Positions 29,509 to 39,716 of a DNA stretch of 64,000 bases are shown here, piece by piece. The translations under genes and the position numbers were made by a program. The stretch covers positions 896,001 through 960,000 of the forward strand of contig CM000432.1 of the NCBI GenBank assembly GCA_000165345.1, given 5' to 3'. The notes beneath the pieces are model-generated. The model did not search any database and was not told the DNA's origin. It saw nothing but the letters and a program-made list of their open reading frames with translations. The stretch's first letter is position 1, and every line of letters starts with the position of its first letter.

Positions 29509-32196
29509 TTATATATTTGTATTGTTGACTATATTAACATTTGATGTTAAATCTTTAGAATTTCCTGTGTAATTACTCCATTCTGTATTTAAATTTGTAT
29601 TATTTTGTATTAAAGAAGGAAATATTGGCATCATAAATGGATTTATGGATGGAATAAATGGTGAATAGGCTTGATATGGTAATTGTGTAGAAGAATATAC
29701 TCTTGCATGATTTTCCATGCTTAATTGATTATATCCTTGATCATTTTGCATATTAGAACTATTATTCATTCCAATACCATAAAATGGAGGATTACAACTA
29801 CCAAATAAAGGAGGTATACAGAAATTCAAAGGTAGAATATTTCCAAAAATAGGAGCATTATTTGAAGCAATACTTCTTGAATTTAAATTTGTATTAAACA
29901 TTTGTATCAAATTGGATCCATGAAATATGTTTGGAATACCATAAATGAAATTAGAAGATGCTAAATCTTCGGTACCATTTTCAATATGACTACTATCATT
30001 GATATTTTTGACCTCAAAACTTAAAGTATTAATAGTGTTATCATTTTCGTTATTTGTTTGTATTCCTTTTTTTTTATTTTCTTCCTGAGTTGATAAGTAA
30101 AAACTATAAGCTTGTTTATACTGTGATTCTCTTTCCATATTTGTGGAATTTAATGAAACCCTGAAAATTTGAGAAAGCTTCTGACCCTGTTTAAAATAAG
30201 TTACTTTCCATCCTCTTGGCTTCTTCCACCACTCAATCTTACTTTTTTGTAAATCTAACTTTTCGTGATCCAACCTTTGAATCTTACTAGCATTTTCAGA
30301 ATCATTATTAGATTTTCTCTTTTTTATCATCTTTTTTTCTAATACTTGATTTTGATTTTCATCAGTATAAAAGTATTTTCTATTATAATTAAGATTTTCA
30401 TTATTATTAAAATCTCCATTATCTTTGTTTTTATCATAATAAACTTTGTTATTTCTTAACATATCGCATAAAATCTCCTTACTTTGTCCCCCCTTAATAC
30501 CATATTTGATATCTAACAAAGTATAAATACCGTTTGACATTTGCATGCAATATTGCCCGCCTTTAGAAGTTTCAATTTGATCTTGATTAAACTCGAGATT
30601 ATCTTTAAGGTTTGAGTTAGATTCCAGTAATTTTGAAGATGAAATACCAGAACACTCACAATTTTCAAGAGTCTGAACTTTACCTTGTAATCTTGTGGCA
30701 ATCCTCCTTTTTTCGTTATAATTGGGGTAAACAGATCTATATCCATTGTCTTGAATATCAGTATGTAGCAAATTCATACAAGACTTTTTGTGGTTAATCA
30801 TTGTATTAAGGCAGACTTTTGAATTAGAATTTAAAACATTCTTAGAATTAAATTGAAAGAATCCATTTCCATAGTTTGTACAGGCAATAGGAGAATGTCC
30901 GGCAAGACCTCCTTCTGATAAGTAATTTAAATCATCATTTATTCTGGATGCATTTTCTATAATTTTATTCCATTGATTCAAATTGAATTCATTCTTTTGA
31001 GTTCCAATTTCTTCTACTCCAGCCATATTGATAATTTGAATGATATCATTTACTGCATAAAGGTGCTGTAATTCTCTTCTCGTTGTTTTATTTAATACTT
31101 CCTTGACAGTTTTCACGCCAAGAATGGAATCAAATATACCCCTAAGCAAAAAATTATAGTCATTGCTCCCAGCCTGATTAACCCCAAGTATCTGGGTAGC
31201 TTGACTAAATAACAAATCATATTCATCAATTGTGAACTTTTTGTTGCTTGTATATTCTAATACCAAGTTTCTTAGTTGTTTTCTACAGCTTGAATGTAAT
31301 TTTTCCCACTCAAAATGCTCACTATTATATTCTTCAAGTTGATTAAAGAAGTCAGAGTCAATGGATGAGAATAATAACATTATCTTTTGAATTAAATCGA
31401 CTGTTTTATGCTCGTGAGAGCTTTGAATTGAACAAAACTTCAAGGAAGGATCACTAAATTTATAGTATTCCGTCTCTTGAACTACCTTTGAGTTTTTATT
31501 TAAATTCTTATTAGAACAATCAGCAGTTTTTCTTTTAGAATAAGTAGATTTACTACTTTCTATAGATCCAATTTCCAAAAGAGTAGAATAAAATCCCTCA
31601 GGTAAACAGTTGATTGTTGCTCCATGTATTTTTTCTAGAAATTGAATTGCTCTTTTTGCAGCTCCTTCTTTACCAAATTTCTTACAACTCCATTGCTTAC
31701 AAGACCATTCATTATTATTTAACCATTCTACAATTACTTTACGTTTTTCCTTGTCTTCTTTAATGACTGAATTAAACTTGTTCATTTTTAAATTGATTGA
31801 ATTTTTATCATTTTCATGAGCTTGTATTTCATTTAAATGTGAATTTGACTCAACATTGGACTTTTTATGCTCTTCAAATTCTCTGATAGGAAAAGCTGGG
31901 TTACAACAATCAATCACTTGATCGCTACTACTAGCTGTTGTTGTTAAATAGTAATTTTTAGAATTTACTTGGTCCATATTATGCGGAGAAAATCCTTGAA
32001 TCTGGTCAAAATTTTGTATTATATTTTCACTATTATTCTTTAACTTATGATAAACCAGTTTACTATGAAATTCATCTTCAATTTCTGATTTAACTCCAGC
32101 TTGTTTGGAATTTTCTACGGTATCACAATATTCTGAAACTATTATAAGTTGTTCTTTTGATACTAATTCATCGTCAATTTTTGACTCACCAATCAT
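29509..32196 (-). CDS. ApiAP2-family transcription factor with two AP2-like domains (895 aa)
   Basis: KIEWWKKPRGWKVTYFKQGQKLSQIFRVS...YKQAYSFY and VIVEWLNNNEWSCKQWSCKKFGKEGAAKRAIQFL follow the apicomplexan AP2 pattern (V-x-W...W-x-A-x-W...K-x-FS...A-x-x-A). Rest is N/S-rich low complexity. A 1.4-kb motif-dense upstream region lies at 32197..33577. Confidence 0.6.
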   Translation of the reverse strand: MIGESKIDDELVSKEQLIIVSEYCDTVENSKQAGVKSEIEDEFHSKLVYHKLKNNSENIIQNFDQIQGFSPHNMDQVNSKNYYLTTTASSSDQVIDCCNPAFPIREFEEHKKSNVESNSHLNEIQAHENDKNSINLKMNKFNSVIKEDKEKRKVIVEWLNNNEWSCKQWSCKKFGKEGAAKRAIQFLEKIHGATINCLPEGFYSTLLEIGSIESSKSTYSKRKTADCSNKNLNKNSKVVQETEYYKFSDPSLKFCSIQSSHEHKTVDLIQKIMLLFSSIDSDFFNQLEEYNSEHFEWEKLHSSCRKQLRNLVLEYTSNKKFTIDEYDLLFSQATQILGVNQAGSNDYNFLLRGIFDSILGVKTVKEVLNKTTRRELQHLYAVNDIIQIINMAGVEEIGTQKNEFNLNQWNKIIENASRINDDLNYLSEGGLAGHSPIACTNYGNGFFQFNSKNVLNSNSKVCLNTMINHKKSCMNLLHTDIQDNGYRSVYPNYNEKRRIATRLQGKVQTLENCECSGISSSKLLESNSNLKDNLEFNQDQIETSKGGQYCMQMSNGIYTLLDIKYGIKGGQSKEILCDMLRNNKVYYDKNKDNGDFNNNENLNYNRKYFYTDENQNQVLEKKMIKKRKSNNDSENASKIQRLDHEKLDLQKSKIEWWKKPRGWKVTYFKQGQKLSQIFRVSLNSTNMERESQYKQAYSFYLSTQEENKKKGIQTNNENDNTINTLSFEVKNINDSSHIENGTEDLASSNFIYGIPNIFHGSNLIQMFNTNLNSRSIASNNAPIFGNILPLNFCIPPLFGSCNPPFYGIGMNNSSNMQNDQGYNQLSMENHARVYSSTQLPYQAYSPFIPSINPFMMPIFPSLIQNNTNLNTEWSNYTGNSKDLTSNVNIVNNTNI

Positions 32197-32879
32197 TTTC
32201 TTCTAATTTTATTTATTAATAATTTGAAGGACCAATTTCGGTATGATTTTTTATTCACCAAAACTTTAAATAGTTAATTATTACTATGTTTATAATTAAT
32301 TATGGTAATAATCTTAGAAAACTCAAAAATCTCGTCAATTTTAATTTCATAATAATTTAGATTAAATATATATTGATATATATTTATTTAAAAACTTAAT
32401 ATTTGAACCCAAAAATCTTGGATTTGTTGATAAAAAAAAATTATTTAGTTAACTCAAATTGTTCTGCTAATATTTGATAAAGAAAATCTGTTTAAAAGAA
32501 AAATGATTTATTATATTATACACTTTAATTCCTTTGCTCTCTTTTTATTTAAACTCAAGCTCTCTTATTCTTAGCCAACTTACGATAAACCTTCCATAGA
32601 AAAAAAAATGTAAATTTCTGTTCCAATATATAATATCTTGATTAATTTAATTTCTCTATTATATATATTTATATGATTTTTTTTTTCCTCAAATTATCCA
32701 CAATTATCTACAGTCTCCTTTACCTTTACCACTGGAAATTGAATCCCTAGTTAGAAGAATTTACTAACTTTTTTTTATTTATTACTTTCTCCTCTTTACT
32801 TCCTCCTTCACCAAATTAAAATTTAAACTTTAATGTTTTTCTTCACCCTTTAAAAGTCTTTTTTCCTATTCTAACTATT

Positions 32880-33070
32880 GCCACCGGTATACTGACCACA
32901 TGCAAAACTTTGTTTTTTTCATGCACTGAGCGCCAACTCTTCCCGCCCAATTGCATGCAAAAATTTGTAGTAAGTGGCAAATTTATGCATGCAAGGTGAA
33001 GAATAATCTACTGCTTGGCGCCAACGTAAATCTCAAAAAAAAAATTAGCATCTAAAATATGAAGGGAGGC
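32880..33070. promoter_or_regulatory. dense cis-motif cluster upstream of the AP2 gene: ACCGGTA, GCATGCA x3, E2F-like GAGCGCCAAC and TTGGCGCCAA, G-box CCCGCCC
   Basis: ccaCCGGTAtactg...catgcactGAGCGCCAActcttCCCGCCCaatTGCATGCAaaa...ttaTGCATGCAagg...gcTTGGCGCCAAcg. A further GCATGCA pair at 33440-33465. Confidence 0.55.
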
Positions 33071-33577
33071 GGTGGGTCTTGAGAAATAGAAAAAAGGTCA
33101 AGGAGCGATAATACTTGGTTATTTTTACTCAAGAAAAAATAAGTGGGGAATATAAATAAAAACTTATGAAGATATTAATTATACAACTAGGGTAGTAAGA
33201 CTATTCAAATACTAACAAAGTTTTAATCTCTTCTCCGCTCAATATAGAGAATATCTACGTAAAATCAATTCACCAATTTGTAGTTGAGTCTGGGCTTATT
33301 AATTACTATATACCATTTTATTTAATATAATTCGTTTACTAAAAAAAAATAGTTTTTTCCAAAAAATTTTTTTTCAAATATATTCATAGGTGCTTTGTTT
33401 ACATTACGTGTCAAAAAATATTTGCATTCGGCTTCATTGCATGCAAAATTGCATGTAAAGCACAATTGTGTTATTCTCCATTTTAGGTGAAATAAAAATT
33501 AAAAATATGATTTCAGGAAACTCTAGGAATTCTTGTTAAATAAGCTATTTAAATTATATTAATTAATTAATTAATGC

Positions 33578-36500
33578 TTAGTAATAATCAAAGTGTAGAA
33601 AAGCATCATGCCTTTTTGCTGATAAAATAGCAACTTCTCTTCTAAGAAATAAGTGGAAAAGTTTGTTATGATAATATGTGTGAAGAATTGAGTTGATTGA
33701 GGAAGAAATACTCTTGGTAATCAAGTTTGTGAGTAGAATAATTATTAATATTAAAGAAATCAATGCCAAAAGCGATATAACAAATGTAAATAAAGTAAAG
33801 AATAGCTGGGATCGAAAAATTAATTGTATCTGCCCTTTTACAATAAAGAAGTGAAGAGCAAAGAAAACCAAGAAGAAGAAATAAGCTGATTTAAAGTATT
33901 TATTGTAAAGGGTGAGCTGAAGAAAGCCATTGTTTCTTGAAATAACATAATTCCAAATTGTTATAAAGAATGTAAGCTCTCTTAATATCAAAGTCTCATT
34001 TATATTTGTAAGCTTACGCTTTTTTCTACGTTTTAAGAGATTATTAATTATATATAAAAAAATACGAAACCTTTGTATAATTAATACCCATAAAAATCCA
34101 AGAGGATTGAGAAATGACCATACAAGAAGAGCAAAATGTGAAGCCAATATTACTTCAAAGAATACTGTAATTATTGTTGATTCTGAAAATCTAATCCATT
34201 TTTCCGGGTATCGAAGAAAGTTAAAGTATAGATTCTTCTTATCAATGTAAGAAAGCGTGTAAAAGGAGAGAGTAATCAACATACAAATTAACCATTGAAT
34301 TATATACCAAATTCTACAATCATTTGGTCTTATGAACTCGGCTTGACAAATTGCAAGAATGTGGCGTTCAATTCTAGAATTCTGCAAATGAAAACTCTGA
34401 ATTTGGCTTGGAAAATTACTCAAAATTGGAGAATATTCCCCTGGGCTTACATTATTCTGGTAACTTATAGGGCTATTATTTGAGTTGGTTATCTGTGAGA
34501 CTGAATTGTTACTATTGTTCTTATTGCTTATTCCCATACTTGCACATAAATTACTGTTCGATGCAATCCCTCCATTATTTACATTAAAAAGAAAGTGCTC
34601 ATCTGAGAGAGTCATACAAGAATTCATTGCCTCAAATGGATTTTGAGAAAACATTGTATTACTATTTGGAGAGTTACTGCTTGAAACAAGATCTATGTCG
34701 TAAATCATATTAAGATTATTACTTTGAGCAATGTTCTGGGATTGAAGCAATCCAGAATGTTTAGTACACATCCAAATTGAGTAATATTCATAAAAAACAT
34801 CCTTCAAAGTCCAATACTTATGAGATGGAAGTTTTTTGTACCAGAACTTTTCATTTATTAATTCAATAATATTTTGGCTAGGTTCAATTTCGTTAAATTG
34901 GTTCATCGGGCTATTGGATTGTAAAGGAGAGTTGTTCATATGAGAATGAATTAACCTGGAAGCTGGAGTTAATAGAGAGTCTGAATATTTATCCAAAATA
35001 TGTACGATCTTTTCATTATACATTGGTGAAACATTTGATGAATCCTGATTGGCATTTAATGATGACGAAAAGCTTATCATATTCTCAGAATTTGTTTCAT
35101 TAAGTTCCAACCCTTCGCCTTGAAATTCATTATCTGGACTTAATAAGCTTAAAAGATCAACACTTGATGGAACAAAAAGATGGAACAATCGATCTCTCTC
35201 GCGAATTGAAATGGTTGCAAGAGATAAAGAAGCGTTTGAAATTGCTGATAGTAAAGAAAGGTAAACTGAAACAATCATTAAATCAATACTCTTGCATAAA
35301 ATAATCCAATACATTGATATGAATAAAATAACTAGACGAATTAATCCAAAAAAAATAAAAGTATTGGTTTTTCTCTGAATCTCTGTGTCTTTGCAATTAA
35401 AGAGCCTTCTGATTCTAAAGAAAATATCTTCAAAAGCATCATAACCAACAAGAGTACATTTCAGTCCAAAAATTAATGCTCTTAAATATGATTTTGATTT
35501 TATTGGAAGGTTATTAGCAAGTAAGAATGTTGGAGAAATCTGTTTTCTTGTACTCAGAAATGATGAAAGCCCTATCATAAAAAGAACATATTTTGACAAG
35601 ATCCAGTTTAATATGAACTTAAAAGGAGCCAATATAAACAATTCTTTTCTCTTCATTATTGAGTTTCGATTTTGGACATTGCTTTGTTCAGCATCACTTA
35701 TATCATTATGTCTGAAGAAATTGCGATTATTACTATTCACTCTTTCGCTTTTACAGCTATTACTGGTATTAATAGTACTATGGACATTTGAATTATCATT
35801 GGCATGAAAGTTCTGGCACTTCTTTCTTTTTAATGAATTTTTGTTTTCTTCTAATAAAGAATTAAGAGAAGATGACGATTTATCACCCTTGGAAGAATTA
35901 TATAAGGGGTTAGTGGTTTTATATTGTTGATAACCAATTAAAGAACCATCAACTGAATCATCAAAAGATTTAATAGAATTATCAGTGTTAGCTCTATCCA
36001 TATTGTTTCTTATATATCTTTTCTTATAAGATGAAGGAGTATCACTTACAATTAATACTGTTAATAAAATCATAATAGCACTTGCAAGAGTTATTATAAT
36101 AATAGCAACAATCTTATTATCAATTGACTGGCTTGATTTAAAAGAAGGATGGCTTATTATAGCTTCTGAAATAACGCTCCTTTTCACGACAAAGTTGTAG
36201 AATGGCTTGGTATCTTCGCTGATTTGATGTTTTCTAAGTACAAACTTTAAAATAGATGGAGAAAAACCTAAATTTTGAAGAACAAATAAAGATAGAGGTT
36301 GAGGTAATTTTGCAGATCTTGGCATTCTTGATCTTAAAAGGAAATCCATAGTTTTACTAAGATGATTTTCCATAACAATTCCATTAGAAAGAAGATCCAT
36401 ACTATCCCAGGTTGAAAACAAAAGCAAATCTACAAATCTTGGAGTACTAACATCACATGTATAATTCAACAAGGACTTTGTGGAAAATTCAAGAGGAGAG

Positions 36501-38788
36501 ATATTATTGATTCGTGTTTCATACGTATGACTTGGAAAAGGAAGGGGAAATGATTCATCGTAAATGCTCCTCTTGAATTGATCGTTGGGATACTTATTAT
36601 TAAGATCAGAAATACGATGTTTCACTGTCGTTTGGGATTTCGGAGTATGTTTTCGGGATTCCATTTTAAGCTTCGAATTAAACAGCTTCTTATTAGAATA
36701 AGACAACTTTGGTAAAAAAACTGAAATCACATATTGTAAAAGTTTAACAGCAATAGCCTCTTCAGACTGCTTACAGTAGTCGAGCTCAACTAAAATATCA
36801 TTAAAAGCTTTCGGTCTATTCTTTAAAAGAGTGAAAAGAGCAAGATCTACACCTTTTTGATAGATAGAATTGGAGTCAGTTGGCTGATGTTGTTTCAGAG
36901 CCAGTTTGAGAGCACCGTGATATGCTTTAGTACAGAGATGTTTGTATTTGGAAAGGCTATTGGTTGTAGTTTGCTCAATACATTGGTTGAACAAATTTGT
37001 GAAAAATATCGTCAATAAATTATTTCCACGAAGAATGCTAATACTAAGGGAATTGGATTCCTCTAAAGAATTTGTCTCACCAATAACTAATAGAGGATAA
37101 AGGAATGGATTCAGTATTTTGTTTCTGGAAAGTTCTTCCAGATTTTCAGTTTTTAATTTGACATCTCTTTTAAAGACCATAGAAATAATCTTTGAAGTTA
37201 ATAGTAAGACAGACTGTTCAAGCTGGTCTTTTTCATTATTGCCTTGGCTAACCAAATTACTATTAATTAAAGTGAAAATATTTGCTTTAATCATTTCACT
37301 GAATCTCTTCATTATTTCACTCTTCTTGATCAAAATCATCATTTGAGTAACACTTTGGAAATTGGAATTAGGTTTATACATTGGAACACCAAACATAACC
37401 TTTGTGAGAGTTTCAATACTTCGATCAGAGTACAGTGCTTGAATCAGAAAAGATCTATTTGAATGTGGATCAACCATAAATAGAAGAACGAATATATTCA
37501 TCAAAACAATATTTGGAGTATTTTTTGACATTAAAGAAGTTCCTTTGAACATTAAATCCATGAACCTTCTTCTAAAAGAAAATCCATATGGTTGTTCTTC
37601 GCTATATAGGCGAGAAATTAAAAGTTCAATTGGCATAATTTGATTATTCCCAGTTTTATGGGGATTACATATATGCCCTTCTGGTAATTTTCTTGCTTGG
37701 ATATAGAATTCTAATAATCTGAAGATTAATTTGGGATAATGCAGTTTACATGCCCACCAGAGAATAGTTAGACCATTTTGATCAGTGGAAGAGCATATTA
37801 CTACATTTTCAAGTGAAATTTCAATCTCGAGTAATTCTAAGAGTATTTGTTCTCTGATGTAGTACTTAATTCCCAATAAAAGTCTTCTAGCAGCAGAATG
37901 ATGGTATTCTGGAATATTCTTTCTAATATCAAACTCTTCAAGCGAATATCTTTTTGAACTAATCAATATTGGAAGAATATCAATTCTATTTTCAAGAACT
38001 GCCAAAGTGACAGGATCAAAGCCAGCATAATTTCTAATCCAAGGAAAAGCTCCAAAAGATAATAGAGCGCTAACAGCTTCTTTGAAATTCACCATTAATG
38101 CATGTATGAGTGGAGTGTTTCCTAGAATATCTCTAAAATTGGGATTTGCTCCTTTTTCAAGCAAGTAATTTACCAATCCTATATCAAGTTGGCTGATTGC
38201 ATAAAACAAGGGAGTTCTTCCATCGGAATCAGTACAATCTAGGTGAGCTTTTCCTTTTTCTATTAATAATCGAACAACTTCTTTGTGTTGATTCTTGCAA
38301 GCTAGAAGAAGTGGGGTGAATCCATATTCACTATAAAGGTCAACAGAAGCTCCTAAAGAAAGAAGGTGGGATACAAAAAAATAGCCAATTTCTCCAGAAA
38401 TTTTGCATGCTGCAGTCAAGGCGGTTTCTGAGTGTTTACTTTTTCCAAATTTATAACCAATTCTTGAAAGAAAGCTGGAAATATTGATAAATCTTCCAAT
38501 ATCTCGTGCAATTATTGATTCTAAGAGTTGTACTGGGGCAGATAAACGATCACCGGAATATCTTGTGAGTATAGATTTGGAATTTTCCATACTTTCCTCA
38601 AATTTTGACCAACTACTCATTGAATAGTATTCCGATTCCGTGATTTTACTACTTTCAGAAATTTTATATCCATATTTTCTTTTCGTTTTTGGACTAACTA
38701 TTTTTCCAGTAAATATTATTAAAATGATAATTAAAGTAAATCCAATGATTCTTGAGAATTTGGAATAAATTCGAATATGATGATTCAT
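33578..38788 (-). CDS. giant ankyrin-repeat polytopic membrane protein A (1736 aa)
   Basis: N-terminal signal/anchor, ankyrin repeats (GFTPLLLACKNQHKEVVRLLIEKGKAHLDCTDSDGRTPLFYAISQLDIGLVNYLLEKGANPNFRDILGNTPLIHAL), 12 or more hydrophobic helices in the C-terminal 900 aa. Paralogous to the adjacent downstream gene. Confidence 0.75.
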   Translation of the reverse strand: MNHHIRIYSKFSRIIGFTLIIILIIFTGKIVSPKTKRKYGYKISESSKITESEYYSMSSWSKFEESMENSKSILTRYSGDRLSAPVQLLESIIARDIGRFINISSFLSRIGYKFGKSKHSETALTAACKISGEIGYFFVSHLLSLGASVDLYSEYGFTPLLLACKNQHKEVVRLLIEKGKAHLDCTDSDGRTPLFYAISQLDIGLVNYLLEKGANPNFRDILGNTPLIHALMVNFKEAVSALLSFGAFPWIRNYAGFDPVTLAVLENRIDILPILISSKRYSLEEFDIRKNIPEYHHSAARRLLLGIKYYIREQILLELLEIEISLENVVICSSTDQNGLTILWWACKLHYPKLIFRLLEFYIQARKLPEGHICNPHKTGNNQIMPIELLISRLYSEEQPYGFSFRRRFMDLMFKGTSLMSKNTPNIVLMNIFVLLFMVDPHSNRSFLIQALYSDRSIETLTKVMFGVPMYKPNSNFQSVTQMMILIKKSEIMKRFSEMIKANIFTLINSNLVSQGNNEKDQLEQSVLLLTSKIISMVFKRDVKLKTENLEELSRNKILNPFLYPLLVIGETNSLEESNSLSISILRGNNLLTIFFTNLFNQCIEQTTTNSLSKYKHLCTKAYHGALKLALKQHQPTDSNSIYQKGVDLALFTLLKNRPKAFNDILVELDYCKQSEEAIAVKLLQYVISVFLPKLSYSNKKLFNSKLKMESRKHTPKSQTTVKHRISDLNNKYPNDQFKRSIYDESFPLPFPSHTYETRINNISPLEFSTKSLLNYTCDVSTPRFVDLLLFSTWDSMDLLSNGIVMENHLSKTMDFLLRSRMPRSAKLPQPLSLFVLQNLGFSPSILKFVLRKHQISEDTKPFYNFVVKRSVISEAIISHPSFKSSQSIDNKIVAIIIITLASAIMILLTVLIVSDTPSSYKKRYIRNNMDRANTDNSIKSFDDSVDGSLIGYQQYKTTNPLYNSSKGDKSSSSLNSLLEENKNSLKRKKCQNFHANDNSNVHSTINTSNSCKSERVNSNNRNFFRHNDISDAEQSNVQNRNSIMKRKELFILAPFKFILNWILSKYVLFMIGLSSFLSTRKQISPTFLLANNLPIKSKSYLRALIFGLKCTLVGYDAFEDIFFRIRRLFNCKDTEIQRKTNTFIFFGLIRLVILFISMYWIILCKSIDLMIVSVYLSLLSAISNASLSLATISIRERDRLFHLFVPSSVDLLSLLSPDNEFQGEGLELNETNSENMISFSSSLNANQDSSNVSPMYNEKIVHILDKYSDSLLTPASRLIHSHMNNSPLQSNSPMNQFNEIEPSQNIIELINEKFWYKKLPSHKYWTLKDVFYEYYSIWMCTKHSGLLQSQNIAQSNNLNMIYDIDLVSSSNSPNSNTMFSQNPFEAMNSCMTLSDEHFLFNVNNGGIASNSNLCASMGISNKNNSNNSVSQITNSNNSPISYQNNVSPGEYSPILSNFPSQIQSFHLQNSRIERHILAICQAEFIRPNDCRIWYIIQWLICMLITLSFYTLSYIDKKNLYFNFLRYPEKWIRFSESTIITVFFEVILASHFALLVWSFLNPLGFLWVLIIQRFRIFLYIINNLLKRRKKRKLTNINETLILRELTFFITIWNYVISRNNGFLQLTLYNKYFKSAYFFFLVFFALHFFIVKGQIQLIFRSQLFFTLFTFVISLLALISLILIIILLTNLITKSISSSINSILHTYYHNKLFHLFLRREVAILSAKRHDAFLHFDYY

Positions 38789-39373
38789 TATTGCAAGTGA
38801 GAGAAGAAGAGCAATATTGAAAAGAAAGGAATTTGAATATGAATTTAAATGGCTTGGGTATCAGTTAAATATTAATAAAGTTAGTATTCCAATTAAAATA
38901 TAACCCAAATACATTTGTATTTTAATTAAAATATTAAATATAATCTAATTAATTAATTCAAATATAAATATTTACATCATGCATGCACCAGAAATACTTG
39001 AAGATTCATCATAAGACTTACAAAAAAGTCAAATCTTTTAAATATATGAATTAGCTTTGCTTTATATTAATCAATAATGGGCAGTTATGAATGTTCAACA
39101 ATGATTTTGGAATTGATCATTCAATTAAGAAATTTCTTCATTTACTTTTTCCAAAGCATAAATATCAAATATGGTGGCAAATTGAATGATAATTTATCCA
39201 GTATTATGAAAATGAACTTTTGAGAAGCAACTCTTTATTGTAAATAAGACAAAATATATTTTTATAAATGAACAAAAATAACTTCCAATAGTAAATTAAT
39301 TATCGTCCAAGCAAGAAGTTAATTTTGTGATTACTATATATAAATGTAATTATATAGTAAACTCTATTTATAT

Positions 39374-39411
39374 AAATAAATAAATAAATATATATATATA
39401 TATATATATAT
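39374..39411. repeat. (ATAA)n followed by (TA)n microsatellite
   Basis: aataaataaataaatatatatatatatatatatata lies in the intergenic region between the two ankyrin-TM genes. Confidence 0.85.
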
Positions 39412-39716
39412 TCGTATTTGTGTATAAATATAAATATATATTTATAAATGTAAATGTATATAAATATGTATGTATATACACATTGATATTTATTTATTTA
39501 TTTAGAAATTGACGTATTATTTAATGATTGAATATAAGAAAAATGTGGGTACTACTCAATTGAAATGCGCGCCAAAAATTATAGTTAAACACACAAAATT
39601 GGGACGGAAATGCATGCAAAATCGAAAAAATAAAGGTACCGAAAAAAATAATAATAAATTTAAAAATTAATGATTTAAAAGTTTTAGTAAATTAATGATT
39701 GAAGTAAAACGTATAA

